Assembly (NCBI GenBank): GCA_965223865.1
Contig: OZ245020.1
Coordinates: forward strand, 128,001-192,000
Direction of reading: 5' to 3'
DNA from: Nitrosarchaeum sp.
Lineage (GTDB): Archaea > Thermoproteota > Nitrososphaeria > Nitrososphaerales > Nitrosopumilaceae
Length of the DNA stretch: 64,000 bases
Shown: positions 27,782 to 38,577 of the stretch, piece by piece
Numbering within the stretch: the stretch's first letter is position 1
Layout: the number at the start of each line of letters is the position of its first letter
Notes under the pieces: model-generated
The model's database searches: none
What the model saw: only the letters and a program-made list of their open reading frames with translations
What the model was told of the DNA's origin: nothing
Position numbers and translations under genes: made by a program

Positions 27782-29419
27782 GTGAACAAGAAATTAACAG
27801 TATTTGTACTATTTTCAATATTTGTAGTTATGATAACACCAGCATATGCTAGCGTGACTTCTATTTCACTTGAAGAAGAATTTTACACAGAAGAGGATAA
27901 CATGAAATTTATCGGTACTCAAAGTGGCAAAGAGGTAGTACATGTCATAATTCGTGATTCTTCTGGTGGTTTTGAGGATATACTATCTGATCCCACACCT
28001 GACCAAAATGAATTTTCAACAATACCTAGAACAGTAGAAAAAATCTTTGATAGAATTGGAGTTTATACTGCAACGGCATTTACAGATTCACAAAAGGAAG
28101 AAAACGGAGTTAAAATAGAATTAGAGTTTGATGGGAATAAAGTATTTGAAGTTGCTGATTTTGTTTTAGAATTAAAATCAATTTCAGATAAAACAATTGA
28201 AGAAGAAAGGACTTTGTCATTTACAGCATCACTTACTGAATCAGTTAAAGATGCCGTGTTTAGTTTAGAAAAAGAACCAACAGGTGCTATAATTAATTCT
28301 GATACAGGAAAATTCACATGGACTCCAACTAAATCCCAAGCTCCTGCCTCTTATTTTTTTGATATTGTGGTAAAGAAAGGAGTACTTGTAGACAGAGAAT
28401 CAATCAAGGTAACAGTTACAGAAAAACCAGAACCAGTTACACAGCCAACCCAACCAACAGAACCAGAGCCACCAAAACCTGAACCAACAAAACCAAAAGA
28501 GTTGGGACTAGCACCATTTGTAGATGAGACAAAAGATCCTCAAACCTATGTTGATAGATACAATAACGAGCCAAGCTACAAGGAGTGGTTTGATGAGAAC
28601 TATCCAGAGTATTCCTCTATTTACCAGGCAGTCGGACTAGAAGAGCCAGTGGAGATGCCCGCCTTTGTAGATCCAAATCAAGATCCGCAATACTATGTTG
28701 ATAGATACAATAACGAGCCAAGCTACAAGGAGTGGTTTGATGAGAACTATCCAGAGTATTCCTCTATTTACCAGGCAGTCGGACTAGAAGAGCCAGTGGA
28801 GATGCCCGCCTTTGTAGATCCAAATCAAGATCCGCAATACTATGTTGATAGATACAATAACGAGCCAAGCTACAAGGAGTGGTTTGATGAGAACTATCCA
28901 GAGTATTCCTCTATTTACCAGGCAGTCGGACTAGAAGAGCCAGTAGAACCTGAAGAAATTATTGGAGAATGTGGTAAAGGAACAATTTTGGTTAATGGTG
29001 TATGTACTCCTGATAAATCAACAGCAAATGGAAATAGTGGAGGTGGATGTCTGATTGCAACTGCAGCATATGGTTCTGAGATGGCACCACAGGTACAATT
29101 CCTTAGAGAAATTAGAGACAATAAGGTAATGAGTACAGAATCTGGAGCTTCATTTATGACAGGATTCAACCAAGTTTACTATTCATTTTCACCATACATA
29201 GCAGATTATGAAAGAGAAAACCCAGCTTTTAAGGAATTAGTAAAGATTGGAATAACTCCATTGCTGTCATCTCTTTCTGTAATGTCAATGGCAGACTCTG
29301 AAGAGGAGGTTTTAGGATATGGTATTGGTGTTATTTTGATGAATCTTGGAATGTATGTTGTAGCTCCTGCAATGTTAATTTATGGAATTGACAAGGCAAG
29401 AAAAAAAGTTAGGTTTTAA
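27782..29419 (+). CDS. Surface protein: Ig-like domain, 49-aa tandem repeats, CFI-box-CTERM domain
   Basis: Signal peptide; PTGAIINSDTGKFTWTP; GGGCLIATAAYGSEMAPQVQFLREIRD; C-terminal TM. Confidence 0.9.
   Translation: MNKKLTVFVLFSIFVVMITPAYASVTSISLEEEFYTEEDNMKFIGTQSGKEVVHVIIRDSSGGFEDILSDPTPDQNEFSTIPRTVEKIFDRIGVYTATAFTDSQKEENGVKIELEFDGNKVFEVADFVLELKSISDKTIEEERTLSFTASLTESVKDAVFSLEKEPTGAIINSDTGKFTWTPTKSQAPASYFFDIVVKKGVLVDRESIKVTVTEKPEPVTQPTQPTEPEPPKPEPTKPKELGLAPFVDETKDPQTYVDRYNNEPSYKEWFDENYPEYSSIYQAVGLEEPVEMPAFVDPNQDPQYYVDRYNNEPSYKEWFDENYPEYSSIYQAVGLEEPVEMPAFVDPNQDPQYYVDRYNNEPSYKEWFDENYPEYSSIYQAVGLEEPVEPEEIIGECGKGTILVNGVCTPDKSTANGNSGGGCLIATAAYGSEMAPQVQFLREIRDNKVMSTESGASFMTGFNQVYYSFSPYIADYERENPAFKELVKIGITPLLSSLSVMSMADSEEEVLGYGIGVILMNLGMYVVAPAMLIYGIDKARKKVRF
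28546..28944 (+). repeat. 147-bp perfect tandem repeat, ~2.7 copies, in frame
   Basis: Unit starts at 28546, 28693, 28840; nucleotide-identical by eye. Confidence 0.95.
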
Positions 29420-29443
29420 TCATAACTCATTTTGGGTATAGAC

Positions 29444-29590
29444 ATGGGTAAACTGAGCAGAAATCTTAGAATTTGCGGAGACTGTGGTATTGCATATACC
29501 TCCGTTAGTTTTACGAAATATATTGATCAATGCCCAATTTGCCATTCAAAAAGATACGAGTCTGTTCCAATAAAGACAGACGGCGACTAG
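29444..29590 (+). CDS. Zinc-ribbon microprotein (48 aa)
   Basis: MGKLSRNLRICGDCGIAYTSVSFTKYIDQCPICHSKRYESVPIKTDGD. Confidence 0.7.
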   Translation: MGKLSRNLRICGDCGIAYTSVSFTKYIDQCPICHSKRYESVPIKTDGD

Positions 29591-29642
29591 TATCATATTA
29601 AATCGATATAGATTTTTTAATAGAAATGACTTGTTTACAGCA

Positions 29643-30044
29643 ATGTCTGAAGATCCAGAGATAGAGAAGATAAAGCAGAGAAAGCTAGAAGAGATGCTAA
29701 GGCAGCAAAATCAACCTCAAATTAAACCTGGAATTGTTGATTTGAATGGTGCAAATTTTGATCAAATAGTATCAGCTGATAATCCAACACTTGTAGATTT
29801 TTGGGCAGAGTGGTGTGGTCCATGCAAGATGATGCATCCAGTATTTGAGAGCCTCTCAAAAAAATACCCAAATGTAAAATTTGCACGAGTCAATGTTGAT
29901 CTAAATCAAAACATTGCAATGAGATTTGGTGTTCAATCCATTCCTACATTTATCATGTTCAAGTCAGGGCAAATTGTTGATAAAATGATGGGGGCAGTAG
30001 GTGCACCTGGAATACATATGATATGCAAGAAATATTCCGAATAG
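29643..30044 (+). CDS. trxA: Thioredoxin
   Basis: VDFWAEWCGPC; N-terminal DPEIEKIKQRKLEEM extension. Confidence 0.95.
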   Translation: MSEDPEIEKIKQRKLEEMLRQQNQPQIKPGIVDLNGANFDQIVSADNPTLVDFWAEWCGPCKMMHPVFESLSKKYPNVKFARVNVDLNQNIAMRFGVQSIPTFIMFKSGQIVDKMMGAVGAPGIHMICKKYSE

Positions 30045-30284
30045 ACAAAATCAATAATACAAATAATTATCATGGTAAAGATTTCAATAACAAAAACTGC
30101 AATTATCGTAAACTTTGAGAATTAAAATCCTTGTATTAAAAGTCTAAGAATTCTATTTTCCCATATAAAATCAATCTCAACTGTACTGCAAAGTAAAATT
30201 TTTTTGCAGAAATTGGGAAGTTTATCTGAAAATTAAAATTTAGATCCTTAAAGTTGTAAGAATATTATTTGTTTTATTTGAGGG

Positions 30285-32066
30285 TTAGTAAGCGTATGCT
30301 GCATCTTTTTTTCTTTGAATCTCAACTATTTCATTTAGTATTTCTTGTTCTTCAGGATTAAGCTTGTGCATGTATTTTTTCAATATTGTCTTTGCTTCAT
30401 GTGAAGGAGGTAATGTATAGTAAACATCTTCTTCAAAGATTTGTCTTCCAATTGTAACGTCTTGAACAGAGCATGCAACTTCTTGTCCGACTTTTGCTGA
30501 AGTGACTGTCTTTCCTTCATGTTGAAGCTGATGAATTATTCCAACTCTTCTTCCATCTTTGTTCATAAAAGGTATTTTTTGATGCAATGTTCCAACATCA
30601 ACTTTGATACCAAACACTGCTGGATTATTATTTCGAAATACAAACCCTTTCAAGAAAGTAAATTTTGCAATGGGTGTAAATTCTGCAAAAATGGCATCTT
30701 CCTCATGAGCAGTATCTTCTTCAACCCAGGCGTTATAGTTATCAATAAGACTGTAAATTACTTTGTCCTCAAAAATTCGAATGTGACTCTCTTCTGATTC
30801 GTCTTTTGCATCTGGTAGAATCTTTACGTTAAATGCCAATAAAACTCCTAAATGCCTATTTTTTTCCTTTATTGCCTTTGCTTCCATAATATCACGTCTA
30901 TTTACAGGTCCAATGTCCGCTTTGGCAACTGGTACTTGAGAACGTCGAAGCATCTCAACAATTGCCTCAAGGGAACCAATTGTATCACATTTTAGAATAA
31001 TTCCGTTAGTTTCAGTATCGATAAAGACAGATTCCATCTCTGATGCAATTACTTTAGTATATTTTTCTACATCATCATGAGTGGATGCAACATAGAGAGT
31101 GCTGCCAGGTAAAACTCCTTCTAGTTCAGGAGATGCAATTTTCAGGCCAGCTGCTGCATCAACTTGGTCTACAAGTTTAAATTTATCTCTAGGATCTCTC
31201 ATCTCATCAAGTGGTTTTGGCAACAGTATAGCTTTTGGTTTTGTTACAATAATCGAATCTCTTTTGGCTACAACAATGCTATCTCCTTTCTTTATTGAAC
31301 CATCAATTAAAATAATATTTGCTGTCTGTCCGAGACCAATCTCATCATTTACTTCAAGTACAATTCCACGAGGATCTTTTTCTTCTTGTTTTAATCGGTT
31401 TTGAAGATATTGTTGTGTAAGTCCTACAAGTACTGCAAGCAGTTCTGGGATTCCAACACCTGATCTTGCAGAGATTGGTACAATTGCTATTTCTGTTTTA
31501 AAATCCTTAACTCGGTAAAATGCTTCAGATTTGTATCCAAGAATTGAAAGAGTACCTACAACATCATATATTTTTTGATCAAGGTCTGTCTGAATTGATG
31601 TATCTTGTTCTTTTATTGCCTTTGAGATAAAAGGGGTTTCAGATTTTCGCCAACCAGATATCTGATCACATTTGTTTAATGCAACAACGAATGGGACTTT
31701 TCTACTTTGCAAAATCTTCAAACTTTCATTTGTTTGAGGTTGAAATCCACGGTTTACATCAACTACCAAAATTGCAATATCAGCAGCAGAACCTCCACGT
31801 GCTCTAAGATTTGTAAAGACCTCGTGTCCAGGAGTATCAATAACTAGAATTCCAGGTACTTGATTTTCAGACTCTTCTAATTTCTTGTATAGAGGACCGC
31901 ATGTCTCCTTGATTGTCTCAGTAGGAAGAAAACTTGCTCCAATGTGTTGTGTAATTCCTCCTGCTTCTCGACCTTGGACACCAGTACCTCTAATTCTGTC
32001 TAAAAGAGATGTTTTACCAGAGTCTACATGACCTAAAACTGCCACAATGGGCTGACGAATCTGCAA
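30285..32066 (-). CDS. infB: Translation initiation factor aIF5B (IF-2)
   Basis: GHVDSGKT, EAGGITQHIGA, DTPGHE, NKCD. Confidence 0.98.
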   Translation of the reverse strand: MQIRQPIVAVLGHVDSGKTSLLDRIRGTGVQGREAGGITQHIGASFLPTETIKETCGPLYKKLEESENQVPGILVIDTPGHEVFTNLRARGGSAADIAILVVDVNRGFQPQTNESLKILQSRKVPFVVALNKCDQISGWRKSETPFISKAIKEQDTSIQTDLDQKIYDVVGTLSILGYKSEAFYRVKDFKTEIAIVPISARSGVGIPELLAVLVGLTQQYLQNRLKQEEKDPRGIVLEVNDEIGLGQTANIILIDGSIKKGDSIVVAKRDSIIVTKPKAILLPKPLDEMRDPRDKFKLVDQVDAAAGLKIASPELEGVLPGSTLYVASTHDDVEKYTKVIASEMESVFIDTETNGIILKCDTIGSLEAIVEMLRRSQVPVAKADIGPVNRRDIMEAKAIKEKNRHLGVLLAFNVKILPDAKDESEESHIRIFEDKVIYSLIDNYNAWVEEDTAHEEDAIFAEFTPIAKFTFLKGFVFRNNNPAVFGIKVDVGTLHQKIPFMNKDGRRVGIIHQLQHEGKTVTSAKVGQEVACSVQDVTIGRQIFEEDVYYTLPPSHEAKTILKKYMHKLNPEEQEILNEIVEIQRKKDAAYAY

Positions 32067-32072
32067 GCCAGA

Positions 32073-32474
32073 TCACTCAAATGCTACCCTCGATTCGTGT
32101 TCAAAACTTTCCTGTGAATCAGACGCATGAATAATATTTTCACTGAATCCCAATCCAAAGTCTCCACGGATTGAACCAGGTGCTGCTTCAAATGACTTTG
32201 TTGCACCAATCATAATTCTTGTAGTGGCAATTGCATTGTTTCCTTCAATAACTGCAGCAACCACCGGTCCTGATGTGATAAATGATGTAAGCTCACCAAA
32301 GAATGGTTTGTCTTTGTGAACTCCATAAAAGTTCTCAGCTTGCTCCTGAGAAAACGTAAACATTTTTAGTTTTAAAATTTTTAATCCTTTTCTTTCAAAT
32401 CTAGATATTACTTCTCCAATTAGATTTCTAGCTACCGCATCAGGCTTTACAATGAATAATGATTGTTCAGTCAA
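32073..32474 (-). CDS. ndk: Nucleoside diphosphate kinase
   Basis: [21 protein letters not shown]. Confidence 0.98.
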   Translation of the reverse strand: MTEQSLFIVKPDAVARNLIGEVISRFERKGLKILKLKMFTFSQEQAENFYGVHKDKPFFGELTSFITSGPVVAAVIEGNNAIATTRIMIGATKSFEAAPGSIRGDFGLGFSENIIHASDSQESFEHESRVAFE

Positions 32475-32476
32475 TT

Positions 32477-32677
32477 CTACTTCTTTTTAATTCCGCCCTT
32501 GACGTACTTTTTGGTCCATTTTAATTTTCTTGGATCGCGTTTTAGATCTAATGCATTTTTCTTGCATTTAGAGGAACAAAACCATAAGACAGTTCCATCA
32601 TTTTTTGCAAGCATTGTGCCAGAACCTTTTGCTACCGGTCTGTCACAAAAATTACATGGTTTAACTAAAAGACTCAT
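32477..32677 (-). CDS. rpl24e: 50S ribosomal protein L24e
   Basis: CNFC...GSG...FCSSKC...PRKLKWT. Confidence 0.97.
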   Translation of the reverse strand: MSLLVKPCNFCDRPVAKGSGTMLAKNDGTVLWFCSSKCKKNALDLKRDPRKLKWTKKYVKGGIKKK

Positions 32678-32687
32678 CCACTTTCAC

Positions 32688-32900
32688 CTATTTGATTTTC
32701 TTCGCTTCTCTTTCTGTTTCTCTTAGCATTAGAATTTCTCCTAATCTAACAGAACCTTTCACATTTCTTGTAAGAATTCTACCTTTATCCTTTCCAGAAA
32801 GAACCTTTACTCTAACTTGAATAACTTCACCAGCAATGCCAGTTCTTCCAACAATTTGAATAATTTCAGACTGAATTACTTCGTCAGTAGTAGTGCTCAT
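32688..32900 (-). CDS. rps28e: 30S ribosomal protein S28e
   Basis: [14 protein letters not shown]...RNVKG...LRETEREA. Confidence 0.97.
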   Translation of the reverse strand: MSTTTDEVIQSEIIQIVGRTGIAGEVIQVRVKVLSGKDKGRILTRNVKGSVRLGEILMLRETEREAKKIK

Positions 32901-33283
32901 TGATCAGTCTTTCCACCTTTAATTTTAGCAATTGATGAGACAACTTGATCTACAATATGTTGTGCATCACCAGCATCCAAAATTGCTGCAGCGGCAGAGG
33001 TAATGTCAATTCCCAGAGATTTTCCTAGTTCCTGTTTACTTGGAACAAATGCATATGATGCGCCCTGTTCTTCACATAAGATGGGAAGATGAGCAACTAC
33101 CTCTGGTGGTTCAACATCTTCGGCAATAACTATTAGTTTGCTTGTTCCACGTTCAATTGCCTTTGTGGCTTCGTTAGTTCCTTTCTTTACTTTACCGCTA
33201 GTAGATGCAACTCTAACGGCCTCCAGTATTGGATTAACGAGGTCCTCTGGTGTCTCATATTTTACATAATAAGCCTTACCCAT
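32897..33283 (-). CDS. rpl7ae: 50S ribosomal protein L7Ae
   Basis: [23 protein letters not shown]. Confidence 0.98.
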   Translation of the reverse strand: MGKAYYVKYETPEDLVNPILEAVRVASTSGKVKKGTNEATKAIERGTSKLIVIAEDVEPPEVVAHLPILCEEQGASYAFVPSKQELGKSLGIDITSAAAAILDAGDAQHIVDQVVSSIAKIKGGKTDQ

Positions 33284-33345
33284 TTTACGTCACCCTTAGG
33301 GATCATTCTCCATTCTCATCATGCAAGTGTTTGGTTTTAAAAGTG

Positions 33346-34707
33346 TTATCGGGAAATAATGGAATTAGCTTTTTCTGTAAATTCTGACATTAAAGAATCA
33401 AGTTTTTGCTGACTTTCAGCTTCGGCATATATTCTAATGATTGGTTCTGTTCCACTTGGTCTAATCATTACCCATTTTTTTTGATCGATTTGAATTTTGA
33501 TGCCATCAGTTGTATCTGAATTAGCATATTCTTCTTTTAGTTTATTGATCAGCTTTTCAGCATCCTTCCTAGAACAAGATATCTTATCTTTAGTAGTAAA
33601 TGATATGGGAAGATTAGAGATTTCTTCAGTTAACTTTCTTTCAGATTTTGCTAAAAGATCTAGCATCAATGCAAGGGTCATACAGCCATCTCTAACCTGG
33701 TTGTATTTTCCATACATGAATCCTCCATTTTCCTCATAACCAATTAGGGCACGAGTCGGAACCATTTTTCGTGAGACCTCAACACTTCCAACCTTTGTTC
33801 GAATGACTTTAGAATCAAATTCTTTTGCCAATAATTCAATGCTTGAACCAGAATTCAAACATGTAATAACAAGGGAGTTTGGATTATTTTTTAAAATATA
33901 TTTTGCCAATACAAGTGCAGATTTGTCACCCGTAAGAATTTCGCCATTATTATCACAAAATATACTTCTATCACCATCCCCGTCAAAAGCTATTCCGAGA
34001 TCAGCATTATTTTTTTTGACAGCATCAGCCAATACAAAAAGATTTTGTGGTGTTGGTTCAGATCCTCTTCCTGGAAATTTTCCATCAATGTTTTCATTTA
34101 CCAAAATAGCATTACACCCCAAATTCTTACAAAGAATTGGTGCAGATACTGCTTGTGCTCCATTTCCCAAGTCTAAAGCAACTTTGAATTTTTTTGATTG
34201 TATATTTTTGGAATCAACTTGTGAAATAACTCCATCAACATATACTTGGATTGCTTTGGTTTCCTTTCCCGTTTTTCCCCAACGTGTTGGATTTTTTATC
34301 CAAGTTTTATCAAGGTAAATACTCTCAATTATAAGCTCGTCTTCTCTTGAAATTTCGACACCGTCCTTTGCTGAAGGCTTGATTCCATTGTATTGGGGAG
34401 GATTGTGAGAAGCAGTGATCATTATGCCACCAGTATAGCCCAATGTTTTAACTACATATTCAAGACAAGGGGTTGGAACAAGTCCTGCATTATTGCAGTC
34501 AAGTCCAATTGAATTTAGAGTAGCGCAAATAATTTTACAGATTAAAGGACTCGAATCTCTTCCATCATATCCAACTAGTATTGGGCCTTCTTTGAAGTAT
34601 GTTCCTATTGCAAGTGTCATGTCATGTAAAAATTCTAATGTAAAATCTTCTTCAAAGACTCCACGAATTCCATTTGTTCCAAAAAATTTTGCCACAAGTT
34701 TGTTCAA
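33346..34707 (-). CDS. glmM: Phosphoglucosamine mutase / phosphohexomutase
   Basis: FGTNGIRG, ITASHNP, FDGDGDR, IRPSGTEP. Confidence 0.93.
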   Translation of the reverse strand: MNKLVAKFFGTNGIRGVFEEDFTLEFLHDMTLAIGTYFKEGPILVGYDGRDSSPLICKIICATLNSIGLDCNNAGLVPTPCLEYVVKTLGYTGGIMITASHNPPQYNGIKPSAKDGVEISREDELIIESIYLDKTWIKNPTRWGKTGKETKAIQVYVDGVISQVDSKNIQSKKFKVALDLGNGAQAVSAPILCKNLGCNAILVNENIDGKFPGRGSEPTPQNLFVLADAVKKNNADLGIAFDGDGDRSIFCDNNGEILTGDKSALVLAKYILKNNPNSLVITCLNSGSSIELLAKEFDSKVIRTKVGSVEVSRKMVPTRALIGYEENGGFMYGKYNQVRDGCMTLALMLDLLAKSERKLTEEISNLPISFTTKDKISCSRKDAEKLINKLKEEYANSDTTDGIKIQIDQKKWVMIRPSGTEPIIRIYAEAESQQKLDSLMSEFTEKANSIISR

Positions 34708-34742
34708 TAATAGATAAATTTGTGTTTAATGGAAAATCCGTT

Positions 34743-34830
34743 GCGGGAGTCGCCCAGCCTGGTCAAAGGCGTAGGGCTTAGGACCCTATCTCTCAGGAGT
34801 TCGTGGGTTCAAATCCCACCTCCCGCACCA
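34743..34830 (+). tRNA. tRNA-Leu (TAG)
   Basis: GCGGGAG/CTCCCGC acceptor, anticodon arm TAGGG-CTTAGGA-CCCTA, long variable arm, GGTTCAAATCC, encoded CCA. Confidence 0.96.
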
Positions 34831-34884
34831 GATCATTTTTCTCTTAATAATTAATAATGAGACAATATTGATCAAAGAAAAGTC

Positions 34885-35733
34885 ATGAGAAAGACAGTCA
34901 TAGGGATTACAGTTGTTGGTAAAGATAGAGAAGGAATTGTTGCTGCATTTACCAATTTTGTTTTTGAAAAAGGTGGAAATATTGAAAAAGTAAATCAAAA
35001 TGTCATCAAAGGACTTTTTGGAATGTATCTTGAAGCATCCTTTACAAAACAAATTGATATCAAAAAATTTGATTCGGAGATTCAATCACTAGCAAAAAAA
35101 GAAAAGATGGATGTTAGTACACACCATGAGACAAATTCTCAGAAAAACATTGCAATATTTGTAACTAAAGAACCACTTTGTATTGAGACAATTTTGGAAG
35201 CTTCAAAAAACAAATCACTAAAAGGAAACATATCAGTAATTGTTGGAACAGAAAAGACACTAGAATCAATTGCGAAAAAAGAAAATATTCCATTTGTTGC
35301 TGTAGAAGAAAAGAATCAAGAAAAAGCAGAGGCAAAGATTATTGATATATGTAAAAAGTATGACATTGATTTGATCGCACTTGCAAGATATATGAGAATT
35401 CTTACCCCTAACTTTGTTTGGAGATATCCCAATAGAATTATCAATATCCATCCATCGCTACTACCAGCATTTCCTGGAGCATTGGCATATGCACAAGCTT
35501 ATGAAAGAGGAACAAAAATTGTTGGAGTAACATCTCACTATGTAACTGAAAACTTGGATCAAGGACCAATTATTTTCCAAGATTCTTTCAAAGTTGATCC
35601 TAATGATACCTTAGAGGAGATAAAGACAAAAGGACAGAAATTAGAAGCTCAAACTCTGTTAAAAGCAGTAAAAATGCACCTAGAAAATAAGCTAGAGGTA
35701 AGATGGAGAAAGGTCCACATAAAATCCAAGTGA
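34885..35733 (+). CDS. purU: Formyltetrahydrofolate deformylase
   Basis: N-terminal ACT domain, LARYMRIL, INIHPSLLPAFPG, LDQGPII. Confidence 0.92.
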   Translation: MRKTVIGITVVGKDREGIVAAFTNFVFEKGGNIEKVNQNVIKGLFGMYLEASFTKQIDIKKFDSEIQSLAKKEKMDVSTHHETNSQKNIAIFVTKEPLCIETILEASKNKSLKGNISVIVGTEKTLESIAKKENIPFVAVEEKNQEKAEAKIIDICKKYDIDLIALARYMRILTPNFVWRYPNRIINIHPSLLPAFPGALAYAQAYERGTKIVGVTSHYVTENLDQGPIIFQDSFKVDPNDTLEEIKTKGQKLEAQTLLKAVKMHLENKLEVRWRKVHIKSK

Positions 35734-35737
35734 TTAG

Positions 35738-36460
35738 ATGGTAGAGATTAGTTCCCATTTTGATCCAAATTTAAGAAAAAAAATAAAACAAAAAAAACTG
35801 GTTGCAGTAATTCCAGTTGGTTCAATTGAGCAGCATGGAGCACATCTTCCAATATCTACAGATTCGGACATTGTAACTGAAGTTGCAAAAAGAGTTGCCG
35901 AAAAAAAGAGATTCTTGCTTTTGCCTACCATCACTTTTGGAGTCTCATATGAGCATGCTCCATTTTTTAATCTAAGTATAAGACAATCAACGCTAAAGGC
36001 AATTCTTATTGATTTGTGTGAGTCTCTATTATCAAATGGAATTAACACCGTTTTTGTAATAAATGGACATCATGGAAATCTAAAACCTATAAAAAATTTG
36101 AATGAAAAACTCAGAAAACTTTCAAAAAATAAGCTAAAGGTATTTCCATTATCATATTGGCATTTTATGAAAACAGATTTTGATCATGCAGGATTTGTAG
36201 AAACATCCCTAATGCTTGTCATATCTAAAAATGTAAAAATGAATCTTGCAAAAAAAGGGTTAACCACCGAAGGAATGAATAAAAAAGAGTTAGAAAATCT
36301 AGGAAGACTAGCATCAAAATCATTTCCAAAAGTTACAAAGAATGGAGTTTGGGGTGATCCAACCAAAGCTAGTAAAAAAGAGGGCCGGAAGATTTTAGAT
36401 GAAATCGTTGAGAATATCTCAAAAAAGTGTCAAACTTGCCTTACTGGGAATAGCTCATAG
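35738..36460 (+). CDS. Creatininase family amidohydrolase (ArfB-like)
   Basis: GSIEQHGAHLPISTD, NGHHGN, DHAGFVETS, GVWGDP. Confidence 0.93.
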   Translation: MVEISSHFDPNLRKKIKQKKLVAVIPVGSIEQHGAHLPISTDSDIVTEVAKRVAEKKRFLLLPTITFGVSYEHAPFFNLSIRQSTLKAILIDLCESLLSNGINTVFVINGHHGNLKPIKNLNEKLRKLSKNKLKVFPLSYWHFMKTDFDHAGFVETSLMLVISKNVKMNLAKKGLTTEGMNKKELENLGRLASKSFPKVTKNGVWGDPTKASKKEGRKILDEIVENISKKCQTCLTGNSS

Positions 36461-36517
36461 TTTCACCAATGAAATTTTAATATAATCCCTCAATATCAAA
36501 GCCAATAAGTGAAATAG

Positions 36518-36754
36518 ATGTCCGTTGATATGGCAGTTAAAGTACTGGATGAGAGTATCAATCAAGTAGTATTGATAAAACTCAAAGGCGGTAAAACAAT
36601 TAGAGGAAATCTACTTGGTTTTGACCAACACATGAACCTGCTACTCGATTCTTCAGAGGAAATTCCTACTGAGGGCGATTCAAAAAGCCTTGGAACCATT
36701 GTGGTTAGAGGAGACAATGTAGTTATGATATCTCCTCCACCAGCAAAAAATTAG
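36518..36754 (+). CDS. Sm/LSm RNA-binding protein
   Basis: [14 protein letters not shown]...[11 protein letters not shown]. Confidence 0.96.
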   Translation: MSVDMAVKVLDESINQVVLIKLKGGKTIRGNLLGFDQHMNLLLDSSEEIPTEGDSKSLGTIVVRGDNVVMISPPPAKN

Positions 36755-36763
36755 GTGATTTAG

Positions 36764-36931
36764 ATGGTTAAAGGCACAACTTCAATGGGTGGTTTTACAA
36801 AGAAGAAAGTTCACATTAGATGTAGAAGATGTGGTAAGAATTCTCTTCATAAAAGACACCATTCCTGTGCAAGTTGTGGATTCCCAGAGGCAAAACGCAG
36901 AAAGTATTCATGGATTAAATGGTATACATAG
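36764..36931 (+). CDS. rpl37e: 50S ribosomal protein L37e
   Basis: MVKGTTSMG...HIRCRRCG...CASCGF...RKYSW; follows Sm gene; absent from ORF track (55 aa). Confidence 0.96.
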   Translation: MVKGTTSMGGFTKKKVHIRCRRCGKNSLHKRHHSCASCGFPEAKRRKYSWIKWYT

Positions 36932-37900
36932 ATGCAAGAAATTGCCATTCTTCTTAGTTCATTAGCAGGTATTGCTACAGCAGCTGCTGTACGAAAAAGA
37001 TCAGGAAATAAAACTCAACTTCTTAGTCTAGGTGCAAGTTCTCATATCAAGAGCCAGATTAGAACTCTAAATATAGAAAAAGACATTCTAACTAAAACAA
37101 TTTCACGGCTATACCAAGCAGATTCTGAATACTCAAAAATACAGCGTGACAAATTATTATTAAAATATCAGCATCAATTAGGAATTGTTTTAGCTAAACT
37201 AGAAAAGTTAGAACAAGCAAGCCAACATCCTGACTTGGGTCCAGTGGGAGATGGTTTGATTACTTTGATGGATCAAAAATTATCAAAACTTGATGATAAA
37301 CTCTACGAATTATCATCAAAGATTTCAACGGAAGAACCAGCTGTACAAGGAAAAAAACAAGAGACAAAGCCTGAGAGAAAACAAGAAGAGAAGATTGGTG
37401 AAAAGACAATCAAAGAAACATTTAGCTTTGAAAAACCAAAAAAAGTTCAAGAATCTATTGTAATTCCACCGTCAAAACAAAAACAATCATTTGAATTAAC
37501 AACACTTACTAGATTATCAAGAAAAGAACCAAAGTTCCCATTATTTGAAAAACCAGTTGAGCCAAAACATGAAACCAAAGAGATTTTCCATTCAAAAACA
37601 ATTAATTCAGAAGAAGAGATTGTACCTAAATTTGTTCAGTCAAAACCAAAAGTTCAAGAAAAGATTGAGATTATTCAATCAGTTACTACAAAACCCAAAA
37701 TACAGCTAGAGAAAAAGCCTGATCTTAACCAAGAAGTAGCAAAAATTACCAAACATAAAGCATTACCTGAACCTGAAAATAAATCAAATTCAATAACACT
37801 CGATGATGATTTTGACGATGACGATTCAGATGATCTAGACAAAATTAAAGGAGAGATAATGAGTGTTCTCTCCAAACTAGACCAAGCCGAGGTAGAGTAA
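36932..37900 (+). CDS. Hypothetical coiled-coil protein
   Basis: 322 aa, coupled between rpl37e and rpiA; C-terminal LSKLDQAEVE. Confidence 0.8.
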   Translation: MQEIAILLSSLAGIATAAAVRKRSGNKTQLLSLGASSHIKSQIRTLNIEKDILTKTISRLYQADSEYSKIQRDKLLLKYQHQLGIVLAKLEKLEQASQHPDLGPVGDGLITLMDQKLSKLDDKLYELSSKISTEEPAVQGKKQETKPERKQEEKIGEKTIKETFSFEKPKKVQESIVIPPSKQKQSFELTTLTRLSRKEPKFPLFEKPVEPKHETKEIFHSKTINSEEEIVPKFVQSKPKVQEKIEIIQSVTTKPKIQLEKKPDLNQEVAKITKHKALPEPENKSNSITLDDDFDDDDSDDLDKIKGEIMSVLSKLDQAEVE

Positions 37901-38575
37901 TTGTCTTACGATAATGCCATTGAGGCATTGTCAAATGATGCACTAAAGTTAGTAAAAGATGGTTTTGTTATAGGACTTGGGAGTGGAAGAGCAGCTACTA
38001 CACTTGTAAAATCACTTTCAAAACTAATTAAAATAAAAAACTACAACATCAAAGGAGTTCCAACTTCATTGCAGATAAAACAAATTGCTGAAAAAGGTAA
38101 TATTCCATTAGTAGAGGCTGATCAAATTGATCACATCGATGTTGTGTTTGATGGTGCAGACCAAATTGATTCAGAAAGATATGTAATAAAAGGAGGAGGG
38201 GGAGCACTTTTGAGAGAAAATATTTTGTTTAGTTTAGCAAAAAAAGTGGTAGTGATGGCAGACAAATCAAAATTTGTAAAAAATTTTACTAGTCCTGTTC
38301 CAGTTGAAGTTCATCCTCTTGCTAGAACATCAGTTTCAAATGCACTAAAGAATATAGGTGGGAAACCTAATCTTCGTTTACTAGATAGAGGATATCCATT
38401 CTTTACAGAAAATGGAAACATTATTTTTGATTGTGATTTTGGCACAATAAAAAATCCAAAATCACTTACACAAAAGATCAAACAAACTTCCGGAGTAATG
38501 GAATGTGGAATATTTCTAAGAAAACCAGACGTTATTTACAAAGCAAAAAATGGCGGAAAGTTTGACATTTTCTAA
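37901..38575 (+). CDS. rpiA: Ribose-5-phosphate isomerase A
   Basis: GLGSG, DGADQID, IKGGGGALLRE, TENGNII. Confidence 0.96.
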   Translation: MSYDNAIEALSNDALKLVKDGFVIGLGSGRAATTLVKSLSKLIKIKNYNIKGVPTSLQIKQIAEKGNIPLVEADQIDHIDVVFDGADQIDSERYVIKGGGGALLRENILFSLAKKVVVMADKSKFVKNFTSPVPVEVHPLARTSVSNALKNIGGKPNLRLLDRGYPFFTENGNIIFDCDFGTIKNPKSLTQKIKQTSGVMECGIFLRKPDVIYKAKNGGKFDIF

Positions 38576-38577
38576 TT

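Noticed and set aside
28546-28944. Possible CRISPR array
   Set aside because: 147-bp units with no unique spacers, in frame within a CDS, no cas genes
34786-35085. 99-aa minus-strand ORF ending WCGRWDLNPRTPER
   Set aside because: Typical translation of an antisense tRNA plus purU shadow
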